Assembly: GCA_041651155.1 (NCBI GenBank)
Contig: JBAZJU010000008.1
Span: 1,932-65,931 of the forward strand
Source: Patescibacteria group bacterium
Lineage (GTDB): Bacteria > Patescibacteriota > Patescibacteriia > CAIXNZ01
DNA: 64,000 nucleotides
Direction: 5' to 3'
Positions 27,473 to 38,402 of this stretch are shown here, in pieces (within the stretch, counting starts at the first letter, position 1; each line of letters opens with the position of its first letter). The notes under the pieces were generated by a model. That model saw nothing but the letters and a program-made list of their open reading frames with translations, ran no database searches and was not told the origin of the DNA. Position numbers and translations under genes: made by a program.

Positions 27473-28493
27473 ATTGATTAATCCTTTTTTTGATCTCTTT
27501 ATCCAATTTATGCAAATAAACTTTAAATAAACTCTTTTTCATTGGCACGCCAGTAATTTCTAAAAATCCCTGACCAGAAACCTTTTTACCATTACATTCC
27601 CCTTCTATCTTTATAGCGCCTTCCCAATAATTTAAAGGCCCGAAAACCATTTCTTGCTTTTTATTTATTGGCTGAACTTCTAATTTTATATCCCAGTCAG
27701 GCAAATAAATTTCATAGCCAAGTTGGTATGTCGCGCCAGTCTCATGGCTGGTATATTTATTTAGTCTTGGTTTTAAAAACATATTATCAGTTATTTTCTG
27801 GCGGCCATTTTTATCCAGCGAAGTTGCATGATAAATCTTATTCTGATCGCCATAAACAAAACAGATAATATCAACTCCGTTATTTAGCTGCAATGAAAAC
27901 CAGGTCCATTTATCGCTTTTTGTCAGCGGTGTATTGGCCCATTGATGGTCCATCCAGGAAATCCCTGAAACTTCCAGCCATTTTTTATTGACATTAATCA
28001 GGCCTTTTGTTTTTAAACGGCTTAAAGAATAATAATACGTGGACTTTTCCACCAGATCAATAAAGCCCTTATTGTTAACTAAAAGGGGTTTTTTTGTCGC
28101 AGATAAATTCAGATCAATAAAATCATTGACAATTTTATAATTAAAAAGTTTTGTTTCCTCAATTAAGCAGGAATTGTCATATTGCGCCCAAAGCAAGGGC
28201 AAGGTAAAACTTTTTTTATCCACAAATGAAACCGGCATGATTTTGCTCCACTCTTTATGCTTTTTGTTGTCTGTCAGTAGATAATGGCTAAAATACCAGG
28301 CTTTAAAAGGCAATCTTTTGGCATAAGGAATGGCAACCTTTTTCGGCTTGGCCGCAAAAAGAGTGTTCATGTAGGAAAATTCCCTGCCGTCTTTTGTTTT
28401 TAAATGACCGTTAAAATACCACCATTCAATCGTATGATCATGCTTTTGCTCATCACGCGGAAATTTGAGGGGTTTAAATTTTTCTTTGGGCAT
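27471..28493 (-). CDS. CrtC/AttH-like lipocalin-fold protein (predicted hydrolase/hydratase)
   Basis: H...EWWYFNGHL, TYYYSLSR, G.SWMDHQW, W.WFSLQL, YWEG...G.GFLE.TG. Confidence 0.85.
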   Translation of the reverse strand: MPKEKFKPLKFPRDEQKHDHTIEWWYFNGHLKTKDGREFSYMNTLFAAKPKKVAIPYAKRLPFKAWYFSHYLLTDNKKHKEWSKIMPVSFVDKKSFTLPLLWAQYDNSCLIEETKLFNYKIVNDFIDLNLSATKKPLLVNNKGFIDLVEKSTYYYSLSRLKTKGLINVNKKWLEVSGISWMDHQWANTPLTKSDKWTWFSLQLNNGVDIICFVYGDQNKIYHATSLDKNGRQKITDNMFLKPRLNKYTSHETGATYQLGYEIYLPDWDIKLEVQPINKKQEMVFGPLNYWEGAIKIEGECNGKKVSGQGFLEITGVPMKKSLFKVYLHKLDKEIKKRINQ

Positions 28494-28497
28494 AAAT

Positions 28498-29172
28498 TTA
28501 AGTTTCTATATTATCAATTAATTCGGGGGAATTTAAACTCGTGTATTGCCAATTTTTTGGCAGGCCATGCTTCAAATGGTTATAAACCGTGTAATCATAA
28601 TGGTTGTCCCAATCCTTCTGTTTTTTCAAATGGTTATCATGGAAACGGATGTAATGGTCGTAAAATTTTCTCTGCCACTTGAATTTAGGGTACGGCGTTC
28701 CATTTTTAAATTTTTGATTAAATAAATCTTGATACCGCTGAACATCAAATTTCCATACATATAATTCATGGGGATTTAATATGGGTAGTCCAATAATCTT
28801 ACCTTTAAAAACATCCCCCATTCCCCGTAGGCCACACAATATTGTGTGGCCTACGGGGTTATTGGGATAATTATTTGTATAACCCATTATAATATTAATA
28901 TTGCGAGAAACATTTCTTTTCAAAGATTTCATCACGTGCGAAATATCAAATTTATTGTTTGGTTCAATCATCAAATTCACATGATCATAAATAATTGAAA
29001 AGGCATATAATTTAAATCCTTTCAATACTTTACAAATCTTTAAATTCTCAATAAATAAATCACAAAAAATTTGCTCCTTAAAATATGGGTAATTATTTTT
29101 CGTCTTAAACACGACGTAATAAATCGCGCCCGGGAAACAAATTCGCCTTATGGAATTTTTATGCAACATCAT
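28498..29172 (-). mobile_element. REP-associated tyrosine (HUH/Y1) transposase, RAYT-like
   Basis: GAIYYVVFKT, LYAFSIIYDHVNLMI (HUH degenerate to H-V-N), KWQRKFYDHYIR, YTVYNHLKHGL...W.Y.S. Confidence 0.8.
28823..28858. repeat. perfect 36-bp palindrome inside the RAYT ORF
   Basis: CCCCGTAGGCCACACAAT|ATTGTGTGGCCTACGGGG. Confidence 0.95.
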
Positions 29173-30343
29173 TTTCTTCCTTTAAAAAATAATTCTTCAA
29201 CTGCGAAATCTGCCAAATCAAAACCGTATTTAAAGTTAAAATTATTACAAATATTAAAATCAAGGAATTGCCGCCTAAAAATATACCGCCCATAATTGCC
29301 ACAATTGAGGCGCCAATAATCGTCACTATATTATCCATGGCCACGCCAACCACAGCATCCCCTATTCTGCCATTGGGATGGACGGAAAAATTATGTACCA
29401 CAATCATTTCACCTAGACAGCCAATAACACCGGCTAAAACACCGGCAATCACATAAGGCAAGTTGGTTATTTCACACAAAGTTTCAATTGAGCGAACCAT
29501 GCTTTCAGCTGCCATCAAGATTGCCAAGCCGCTGATTAATAAATATCCCCAGATAATTAAATTACTCTTGGTTTTAAAATATCCTTCCTCTTCAACAATT
29601 TCTTCAACCGGACTTTTAGCTCTTTTAGTTTTCCTAAAATAATATAAAATAAAAATTCCCAAAAGCAAAATTAAAAAACCAACCGGCCTAATTAACTGGT
29701 AAAGATCAGATTCAATCCCAGCTGGTTTTATTTTTACCTGGCCAAAAATAACCATGCTTAAAGCAACTATTGCGGTTAGAATAGTCAGAGCCATTGAAAT
29801 ATTAATTGCAGTGTCAAATTCTGATAGCAATGGCTTGCGCTGATGATCTTTAATCGGCTTAACAGTTCCGCCAAATTTTAATTTGGGAAACATCAGGACA
29901 CTAACGCCTTTGGCATTTGCTAAATTTTGCCGAAAAATGCACCAGGCAGCATGTCCAATATTATAAACATTTGAGCCAAAAGTTGTGGCCGCGGCAATTA
30001 TGGCATAATTAATAGCTAAAGCAAAATCTGTTTGTCTTAAGCTAACGCTGACAAGAGCGGCCACAATGCCTAAAACCATATCAGGAAAGGCAGTGCCAAA
30101 AGATTGCAATAAGCCTCCGGCCAATTTTGTTCTTTCCGTTAAAACACCCGTTGTTTCTTCAATAATTTTGGCAGTCCCTCTTAAAATAAAGAATGCGCCC
30201 AATCCCAAAATAGCAACAACTGCAAATATTCTGATAAAAATATTATGCGGCTCCCCTAATAAATTCATGAGGTAAAAACGCAAAACAAAAGCGCCTGCCA
30301 ATAAGACCAAAACATAAATTAAGTGATTTTTAAATAATTTCAT
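29159..30343 (-). CDS. cation/Ca2+ exchanger-like membrane protein
   Basis: About 10 TM; alpha-repeat-like SFGTAFPD and FGSNVYNI. Confidence 0.6.
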   Translation of the reverse strand: MKLFKNHLIYVLVLLAGAFVLRFYLMNLLGEPHNIFIRIFAVVAILGLGAFFILRGTAKIIEETTGVLTERTKLAGGLLQSFGTAFPDMVLGIVAALVSVSLRQTDFALAINYAIIAAATTFGSNVYNIGHAAWCIFRQNLANAKGVSVLMFPKLKFGGTVKPIKDHQRKPLLSEFDTAINISMALTILTAIVALSMVIFGQVKIKPAGIESDLYQLIRPVGFLILLLGIFILYYFRKTKRAKSPVEEIVEEEGYFKTKSNLIIWGYLLISGLAILMAAESMVRSIETLCEITNLPYVIAGVLAGVIGCLGEMIVVHNFSVHPNGRIGDAVVGVAMDNIVTIIGASIVAIMGGIFLGGNSLILIFVIILTLNTVLIWQISQLKNYFLKEENDVA

Positions 30344-30365
30344 GAGTCCCTAATTATTCAATTTA

Positions 30366-31292
30366 TTATGGCTGTAAAATATCTTCTGTCCGGCCATTAA
30401 TCGAAATAATAACTTGTTTAATACTGGTAAATTGTTTTAAAGTTGTCACAATCTGCGAATTAATGGCTGCCACGCGGCATGAACCTCCCACCTGAAATTC
30501 TAATTGCTTGTCAAAATCAACCCTAGCTACACCATCAACGATAGTCAATTTTTGAATTTTAACTCCGCTATTTATTGAAGTATAATAACCATTGGCTTTT
30601 TCCTCTTCAGTCGGACCTTTTAATAATTCCTCCAAAGCTGCCCTGGCAGTTGAAACTGTTTTGGCAATTTTACGATCAACTGGATAGACTAAACGGCAAT
30701 CCATGGCATTTGGATTTTTCTTGGCATTGCCAAAAAAGACTTTAATCACTAATGTGGCGACACCTTTTAATTTTACTGGCAAACGAAATTCCTTTTGCAA
30801 TTCTGGTAAGCCTGACGGATTATCATTCATAAAAACCAAAGTTCCTGCCTGGTCTTTATCAACTAAAAATTCCAAATTTGCTTTAAACGGTACAAAATCA
30901 GTTGTCATCCAATCACTCTGAGCTTGGGCAATGGCCGTGGCTATTTCTTTACCACTTTCGTCAAGCAATTTTACAGGAAAACTTGCTTCAAAATACCAGC
31001 CCGCTGCTTGCCCAGTGAGAATATATGGGCTAGCTATTTCTTCATTTGCCTTTGGGTTATCTACAATAATTTCTTTTACAGCCGGGACTGTATTGGAATT
31101 TTCTACTGGCTGATTAATATTTGCGCCAGGGCAAGGCGTAGTTGGCATTGGCGCGCTAGGCTGGCCATGTTTGGTCCACTCGCCATTTTGACAAATCCAA
31201 TTATCTTCTCCGCTAAAAAAACGGACGCCTAAAATAATTCCGCCTAATACTATAATTAAAACAATGATAATTATTAAAATTTTTTGAGTCAT
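30366..31292 (-). CDS. Gmad2 Ig-like plus GerMN domain protein
   Basis: EDNWICQNGEW, WYFEASFPV..D, A.EELLKGPT.EE...G, VDF......GGSCRV..I..QI..TLKQF. Confidence 0.85.
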   Translation of the reverse strand: MTQKILIIIIVLIIVLGGIILGVRFFSGEDNWICQNGEWTKHGQPSAPMPTTPCPGANINQPVENSNTVPAVKEIIVDNPKANEEIASPYILTGQAAGWYFEASFPVKLLDESGKEIATAIAQAQSDWMTTDFVPFKANLEFLVDKDQAGTLVFMNDNPSGLPELQKEFRLPVKLKGVATLVIKVFFGNAKKNPNAMDCRLVYPVDRKIAKTVSTARAALEELLKGPTEEEKANGYYTSINSGVKIQKLTIVDGVARVDFDKQLEFQVGGSCRVAAINSQIVTTLKQFTSIKQVIISINGRTEDILQP

Positions 31293-31420
31293 AAACTTAA
31301 GGTTAATTTTTAATAACTAATTTATAATTTTTAAATAATTTCTAATGATCTAATGAGATAATTAAAACATTAATACATTATAAAATTCACCAAAAAATTA
31401 TCCATTAAAAATTTCAATGG

Positions 31421-32434
31421 TTATTGTTCACCTTTTTCGCCAGCAAGTTGCCCGCAAGCTGCCTTTATATCCTGGCCAAAACGATAACGCTGTGTTACTT
31501 TAATTTTGCTCCTGATTAAAACTTCTTTAAACTTCTTTATTTTAAGGGCTGGCGAGGGTTTAAAGCCTTTCGTAGGATTGTAAGCAATTAAATTTACTAC
31601 AAAAAGAGAGCTTGGCAAAAACCGCAATAACTCCACAAGTTCTTCAGCCTGTTTTTCTGAGTCATTATAATCATCAATCATTAGATATTCAAACATTACC
31701 TGCCTATTTGTTTTTTTAAGATAATAATCAACAATTTTTAAAATACTTTCAATTGGGTATGACTGGTTCATAGGGACAAGCTTGTCTCGCAACTCATTGT
31801 TTGGTGCGTGCAGAGAAATCGCCAAATTAATCTGCAATGGTTCGCCAGCCAGCATTTTAATGCCTTCAGTTATTCCAATCGTTGAAATAGAAATATGCCT
31901 GGCTCCGATATTCAGACTATCTTTATCATTTAAAATTTTAATAGCAGAAATCACATTGTCATAATTTAAAAATGGCTCGCCCATGCCCATAAAAACTAAA
32001 TTGCTGACCCTCTCCCCTACTTTCTTTAAATCCCTAGCAAAGAATAAAACCTGATTGACAATTTCCCACTCAGTCAAATTTCTTTTAAATCCCATTTTGC
32101 CTGTTGCGCAAAAAAGACAGCCCAAAGGACAGCCGACTTGAGAAGACACACAAACCGTATTTCTGCCATCTTCATGCCGCAGTAAAACTGTTTCAATTTT
32201 AGAATCATCATTTAAAGTCAGCAAAGCCTTCTGGGATTCTTTTGTTTTAGTTTCAACAACTTTAGCTTTTATACTTAGTGGAAATTCTTTATTTAGTTTT
32301 TGGCGGATTTCTAAGGGCAAGTTGGTAGCCTTTTCCCAGTCATCAGCTAAATCTTTAAAAATAAAAGCATAAGCCTGTTTAATTCTATAAACTGGTTCGT
32401 TTTTTAAAATCTTATTTAATTTATCTAATTCCAT
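31421..32434 (-). CDS. rlmN: dual-specificity RNA methyltransferase RlmN (radical SAM)
   Basis: CVSSQVGCPLGCLFCATG, MGMGEP, SLHA, DIKAACGQL. Confidence 0.95.
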   Translation of the reverse strand: MELDKLNKILKNEPVYRIKQAYAFIFKDLADDWEKATNLPLEIRQKLNKEFPLSIKAKVVETKTKESQKALLTLNDDSKIETVLLRHEDGRNTVCVSSQVGCPLGCLFCATGKMGFKRNLTEWEIVNQVLFFARDLKKVGERVSNLVFMGMGEPFLNYDNVISAIKILNDKDSLNIGARHISISTIGITEGIKMLAGEPLQINLAISLHAPNNELRDKLVPMNQSYPIESILKIVDYYLKKTNRQVMFEYLMIDDYNDSEKQAEELVELLRFLPSSLFVVNLIAYNPTKGFKPSPALKIKKFKEVLIRSKIKVTQRYRFGQDIKAACGQLAGEKGEQ

Positions 32435-32504
32435 AGTATAATCGTAGCTTATATATAAATTTAAGTAAACAAAAGGCCCTTTTCCATTCGGAGAAAAGGG
32501 CGCA

Positions 32505-32759
32505 TTAATCGCGGGGAAATTCCCAGCAGATTAGCTTGTATTGCCCTTTGGCAGTTAAGTTATTTGGGTCGGCGAACTCAATTTTAGCCAGCTGCAGAGT
32601 TTTCAGCTTAAGGTCAGCCACAATTTTTGTTAAATCTGCTTTGTTTCCACTTAAATTCAGGCCAACATATTCTTTTTTTCCCAAAGTATAGATTTCAATA
32701 CCTTTATCTAACTTGTCTTTGAGCTCAGCTGGTCTGCAGAGCATAAACATGACAAGCAT
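32505..32759 (-). CDS. hypothetical protein
   Basis: AGGAGGT RBS, minus-strand TTGACA-17-TAAATT upstream, hairpin downstream. Confidence 0.7.
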   Translation of the reverse strand: MLVMFMLCRPAELKDKLDKGIEIYTLGKKEYVGLNLSGNKADLTKIVADLKLKTLQLAKIEFADPNNLTAKGQYKLICWEFPRD

Positions 32760-32835
32760 AAGAACCTCCTTTTTTTGTTTGATTTGAATTTTAATTTAGC
32801 TGATTTTTGAAAAAATGTCAAGAAAAAGCTGACCC

Positions 32836-33072
32836 CTATTTAGAGTCAGCTTGTGGCAAAAATTCGCTGGCAATAGAACAATCTAATCTTTTTTCGCAGA
32901 TATAGCCGCAATATAATTCACGCATGATCCAGCCGAATTTTTCAATAAAATCACTCGTTGCTTGTTGTTTGTCAACAATGTGTGCAAACCATTTGTGCTT
33001 GTCAATATGCTTTTTGATTATTGTGCTTTGAACGCTGGCCAGTTGTCTTAAGTTTGTGCAATGATCAAGCAT
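32836..33072 (-). CDS. hypothetical small Cys/His protein
   Basis: AGGAGGTG RBS; HIDKHKWF...DFIEKFGWIMRELYC..IC. Confidence 0.75.
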   Translation of the reverse strand: MLDHCTNLRQLASVQSTIIKKHIDKHKWFAHIVDKQQATSDFIEKFGWIMRELYCGYICEKRLDCSIASEFLPQADSK

Positions 33073-33157
33073 ATCGCACCTCCTGCAGATATTTTAAAAC
33101 ATAATTTAAAAAAAGAAAAGCGCTCCGACGTATTTGTCGAAGCGCTTGCATTTAATC

Positions 33158-34777
33158 CTAATAACCAGCGTACCAATCGCGCAGAATCAGTTCTGCCGGT
33201 TTATTCCAAACATCAAATCTATTGATGTCCTGAGCCGGATTCCAGTACCACATCCAGCCGTACATGCCTTTGAACCAAGGCTGATTGTAGGCGCTTTCCA
33301 TAATCGCCTGATAGCAATCTGCCTGTTCTTGCAGATCAATTGTGCCACTCGGCGCCCACCAGGGTGAAATATTAGTGCCGTTTAAGCTCTGGTAGCCAAA
33401 TTCCGTAAAGACAATGTCCTGGCCATACGCTTCCGCAAAGTTTTGCAAAGCGCTTATATATGGCTGCCAGGCTATCTTTAATTCTTCCACGGTTGGCGAG
33501 TAACTGCTGGTCAAAGGGAAATAGGCATCCACTCCAATGAAATCCAGAGCGTCCCACCAAACGACATTGAAATAACTGTCGTGATTGGCGCCGTAAGTCA
33601 GTTGTCCTGAAAAGCTTGTCCGGGCATTGGCTATTTCATCACGCCAGTTTGTTTCTCTGTGTTCAGTAGCTTTGAATTCAGTTCCAATCACAAATATCTC
33701 AACCTGATTTGCTTCTGCCAGATCAAGATAGTGGTTGAGAAACTGGCGATAACTTGCAAACCAGGCTTGCCAGTCGGCTTCTGAAGAAAAGGTAATTTCT
33801 CCGCGCCAGGCGCCTGATTGCACATCAACATGAGGTTTTAGCATTACACTTAGGCCAGAATCATGAATGTAGGTTATTATTTGGGCTAAACCAGCATCAC
33901 TTGGAGTTTTACTGGAGATCGGGTATATGGTTGTAGAATTAATCGCATCCTGATATTGGGTAACCAGGACGGCGATAACTTCACATCCATCGGCTTTCAT
34001 CTTGTCAACAGTTTGATTGGAGGTAAAATTCTGGTAATCATTGTACCACCATGAGGTGAGAGTACAGCCGCGCTGGAATGTTATACCATTGTCGCTTGGA
34101 ATTACTCTGATGGCAAATTTTTGCGTGTCGCTAAACTCCCCATCAGTGACAGATACTTCAACTTTGTAATTACCTATCTGTGCAGATGTGGAAGTCCAAG
34201 TAATTTTGCCAGAAGCTGAATCAATGGTCATGCCAGTGGGAAAAGTTACCAGCGAATAAGTTAAAATGTCACCCTCCGGATCATCAGCACCCACAGTATA
34301 GGTATATTCAACCTCGGCTGTAGCAACTGTAACAGGGCCAGAAATAATTGACGGCCCTACGTTCGGCGGGGGTAATGTTACTTTCAGAGTATATTCCTGC
34401 CAGACCACTATTTTTCCATCACTAACTCTGAGTTTAACCTGCTGCTCCCCGACTTGTGTGTCATTAGGCAGCCAGGACACCAGACCAGTACTGGCATTAA
34501 TGGTCATGCCAGCCGGTCCAACGTCTAAGCCATAAGTCAGAACATCATTGTCAGAATCTGTCGCGCTCAGAGCATAACCATACAGTTCGCCAGAAATCGC
34601 TGTAGTGATCGGCAATGAGGTTATAACTGGAGGTTGATTGTCTGCTGGCGGTATAATCGGCGGGATATAATTCGTGCTGTCGTCTCCGCCACCTCCGCCC
34701 GAAGAAACACAGGCTGTGAGTAATAACACCAGCGCAAGCACCCATAACGACGCAAATCTTACAATGTTTACTTTCAT
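33158..34777 (-). CDS. lipoprotein with two putative Ig domains and a GH113-like glycoside hydrolase
   Basis: Lipobox LTAC; two N..P.I.S.P...Y...A.D.D.D.LTY...P.GMTI..G...W repeats; LKPHVD, WRGEI, GTEF, YGANHD, LDFIGVDAYFPL, FTEFGY; start MKVN at 34777 after AAGGAGG. Confidence 0.85.
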   Translation of the reverse strand: MKVNIVRFASLWVLALVLLLTACVSSGGGGGDDSTNYIPPIIPPADNQPPVITSLPITTAISGELYGYALSATDSDNDVLTYGLDVGPAGMTINASTGLVSWLPNDTQVGEQQVKLRVSDGKIVVWQEYTLKVTLPPPNVGPSIISGPVTVATAEVEYTYTVGADDPEGDILTYSLVTFPTGMTIDSASGKITWTSTSAQIGNYKVEVSVTDGEFSDTQKFAIRVIPSDNGITFQRGCTLTSWWYNDYQNFTSNQTVDKMKADGCEVIAVLVTQYQDAINSTTIYPISSKTPSDAGLAQIITYIHDSGLSVMLKPHVDVQSGAWRGEITFSSEADWQAWFASYRQFLNHYLDLAEANQVEIFVIGTEFKATEHRETNWRDEIANARTSFSGQLTYGANHDSYFNVVWWDALDFIGVDAYFPLTSSYSPTVEELKIAWQPYISALQNFAEAYGQDIVFTEFGYQSLNGTNISPWWAPSGTIDLQEQADCYQAIMESAYNQPWFKGMYGWMWYWNPAQDINRFDVWNKPAELILRDWYAGY

Positions 34778-34931
34778 TTCTTTCCTCCTTTTCATGGTGT
34801 TTTGTGGTTGTAAAAGGTCGCTATTATTAATCTAATCTAATAACTATTCAGATAAAATGTCAAGCCACAAAAAAAAGCCGCAAAAAAAAGCACCCCGAAC
34901 ATGGAAGCGCTTTAATCTAGATTATTTTAAT

Positions 34932-35354
34932 TTACTCAGCAATTTCTTCAAATTCCCAGCCATCATCACTTTTTTTGATACGGAAACTCTTGACTTCAGC
35001 GTCAGGATATTTTTCTTTTAAAAAATCCCGCACTTTTTTCATGTCTGTCAGATGCTTACTTGTTTCAGCTTCAGCCGAAACAAAAGCGCTTTGGCCGCCA
35101 TAAGCTCCGCAATCTTCGTGCATGGTCAGAAAAAAGCGTCGTACTCCGTGTTTTTCATAAGACAAACGGATGCCATCAAGAATTAAGCCTGCTTGGCAGC
35201 CTTCCTGATTTTCAGCCACTACCTTACAGGATCCTGGCACTAAAATAATGTCTGTATCACCAGTATATCCATTTACTGAAAGCCAGTTAATAATTGCTGT
35301 CTGCAAGCGAAAATCCATGCAGCAGAGTAAAAAATTTTTACAGTTGTGTGACAT
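34932..35354 (-). CDS. beta-carbonic-anhydrase-like metal-binding protein
   Basis: CMDFR and HEDCGAYG zinc-ligand motifs; AGGAGG RBS before ATG at 35354. Confidence 0.75.
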   Translation of the reverse strand: MSHNCKNFLLCCMDFRLQTAIINWLSVNGYTGDTDIILVPGSCKVVAENQEGCQAGLILDGIRLSYEKHGVRRFFLTMHEDCGAYGGQSAFVSAEAETSKHLTDMKKVRDFLKEKYPDAEVKSFRIKKSDDGWEFEEIAE

Positions 35355-35383
35355 ATTTTTCACCTCCTAATTTAAATTATTAA

Positions 35384-35836
35384 TTATTCGTTGGCATGAA
35401 ATTGCTCTTGGCCAGGCAACTTTTTATATTTTCTTTTGCGCACGACTTTAAGGCGCGCTAATTCTTTTTCAATTTTAGCTGATAAGGCTGCAAATTCCTG
35501 ATCATCAAAACTTTTTTCTTTTTGCAATTCCAAAGCTCGCACTCTTGCTTCTTCAGCTCGCTTTTCATCTATTTCTTCAGCATGCTCAGCAGAATCTGCT
35601 AAAATTGTTATCTTATTTGGTAAAACTTCAATAAAACCTCCGGAGACAGCCATTAATATTTCTTCTTTATCTTTGATAATTCGTAATTCTCCTGGAACTA
35701 AAACTGCAACCAGCGGAATATGTTCTGGCAAAATAGTAATCTCCCCCATTTGAGTAGGAATGCTGACCTGATTAGCTTCAGCTGAAAAAACATTCCTTTC
35801 CGGAGTAGTAATTTCAATTTTAATTTTTTTCTCCAT
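35384..35836 (-). CDS. atpC: ATP synthase F1 epsilon subunit
   Basis: EITTPER, GEITILPEHIPL, VSGGFIEV. Confidence 0.95.
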   Translation of the reverse strand: MEKKIKIEITTPERNVFSAEANQVSIPTQMGEITILPEHIPLVAVLVPGELRIIKDKEEILMAVSGGFIEVLPNKITILADSAEHAEEIDEKRAEEARVRALELQKEKSFDDQEFAALSAKIEKELARLKVVRKRKYKKLPGQEQFHANE

Positions 35837-35843
35837 ATTTTAA

Positions 35844-35920
35844 CTTGTCATGGTGAGCCCTTCGGCTAAGCTCAGGGCAGGCACTGAAAGTTTACAGTGA
35901 GCGTAGTCGAACTGAACCAT
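35844..35920. repeat. composite nested REP-like elements (TGAGC...CGAA family)
   Basis: Outer ATGGTGAGC...GAACCAT encloses CCCTTCGGCTAAGCTCAGGGCAGGC (inverted) and CAGTGAGCGTAGTCGAACTG. Confidence 0.65.
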
Positions 35921-35928
35921 TACATTAA

Positions 35929-37317
<1,389 letters not shown>

Positions 37318-37380
37318 TTAAATGATTAAATTGTTAATTGCTAAATTGATATTTGAATTTATTTTGTTTTTTGCCTTCGC

Positions 37381-37413
37381 AAACCGTAGTCCCGCTGGGC
37401 GGGACGAAGGTTT
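37381..37413 (-). repeat. REP-like hairpin, same family as 26901-26934
   Basis: AAACCGTAGTCCCGCTGGGCGGGACGAAGGTTT. Confidence 0.8.
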
Positions 37414-37431
37414 GAATTTTAGCATTTGTCA

Positions 37432-38337
37432 TTACTCAAGGGCTGCTTTGCCTCCGGCGATTTCTGCAATTTCTCTGGTAATCGCTGCCTGCCTTAATTG
37501 GTTATATGCCAATGTTAATTCTGAAATCATATCACCGGCAGCTTCATTGGCATTTCTCATGGCCAGCATCCTGGCTGAATGTTCAGCAGCATTGCTTTCC
37601 AAAACCGCCTGATAAATCTGGACCTCAAGCAGCCTGGGCAATAATACATCTAAGATAATTTGCGGCTTGGGTTCAAATAAATACTCAAAACTTTCTTTCT
37701 TGTTTTCCTGAATAACGTCTCCAATCTCTCCTAAAAATTTATCTCTAATTGTTTTAATGGGTAATATTTGCTTTACTCTGGGCACTTGTTTTAAGGCTGA
37801 AACATAATCAGTATAAACCAAGGCAATCTGATCATATTTTTTCTGTAAAAAATCAGTTAAAATCATTTTTTGGATTGGTCTTATTTCTTCTGAGTCTTTT
37901 AAAATATCAGGCTTAATAAATTCAGCCGCAACCTTTTGTCCTGATCTGGACATTGCTCTCGCTCCTTTTTTACCTAAACAAATTAATTCAACCTCCAAAT
38001 TTTCCTTAAGACTCTTTTGCTGTTTGATATATTCCACCGCAGTTTTAATCACTTGTTGGTTAAAAGATCCGCACAAACCGCGATTTGAAGTAATCAAAAC
38101 AACTGCCATTTTTTTAATTTCCTTACGGTTTCTTAATAATGGGTGGCGCTGAATTTTAATTTTTTGCGCCACATTTAAAATTAACTGCCAAGCCAGACTG
38201 GAATATGGCCTAGTCGCCAGAACAGAATTAACAGCACGCCGCATTTTTGAAGATGCGACCATTTCCATGGCTTTGGTAATCTTTTTTGTATTGCCAATTG
38301 ATTTTATTCTGTGCCTAATGTCCTTTGTATTTGGCAT
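37432..38337 (-). CDS. atpG: ATP synthase F1 gamma subunit
   Basis: KITKAMEMVA, SNRGLCGSFN, EHSARMLAM, RQAAITREI. Confidence 0.97.
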   Translation of the reverse strand: MPNTKDIRHRIKSIGNTKKITKAMEMVASSKMRRAVNSVLATRPYSSLAWQLILNVAQKIKIQRHPLLRNRKEIKKMAVVLITSNRGLCGSFNQQVIKTAVEYIKQQKSLKENLEVELICLGKKGARAMSRSGQKVAAEFIKPDILKDSEEIRPIQKMILTDFLQKKYDQIALVYTDYVSALKQVPRVKQILPIKTIRDKFLGEIGDVIQENKKESFEYLFEPKPQIILDVLLPRLLEVQIYQAVLESNAAEHSARMLAMRNANEAAGDMISELTLAYNQLRQAAITREIAEIAGGKAALE

Positions 38338-38402
38338 ATTTGAATTATGAGATATGAATTATGAAATCTTTAATCTATCATCTATAATCTAAAATCTACA
38401 AT

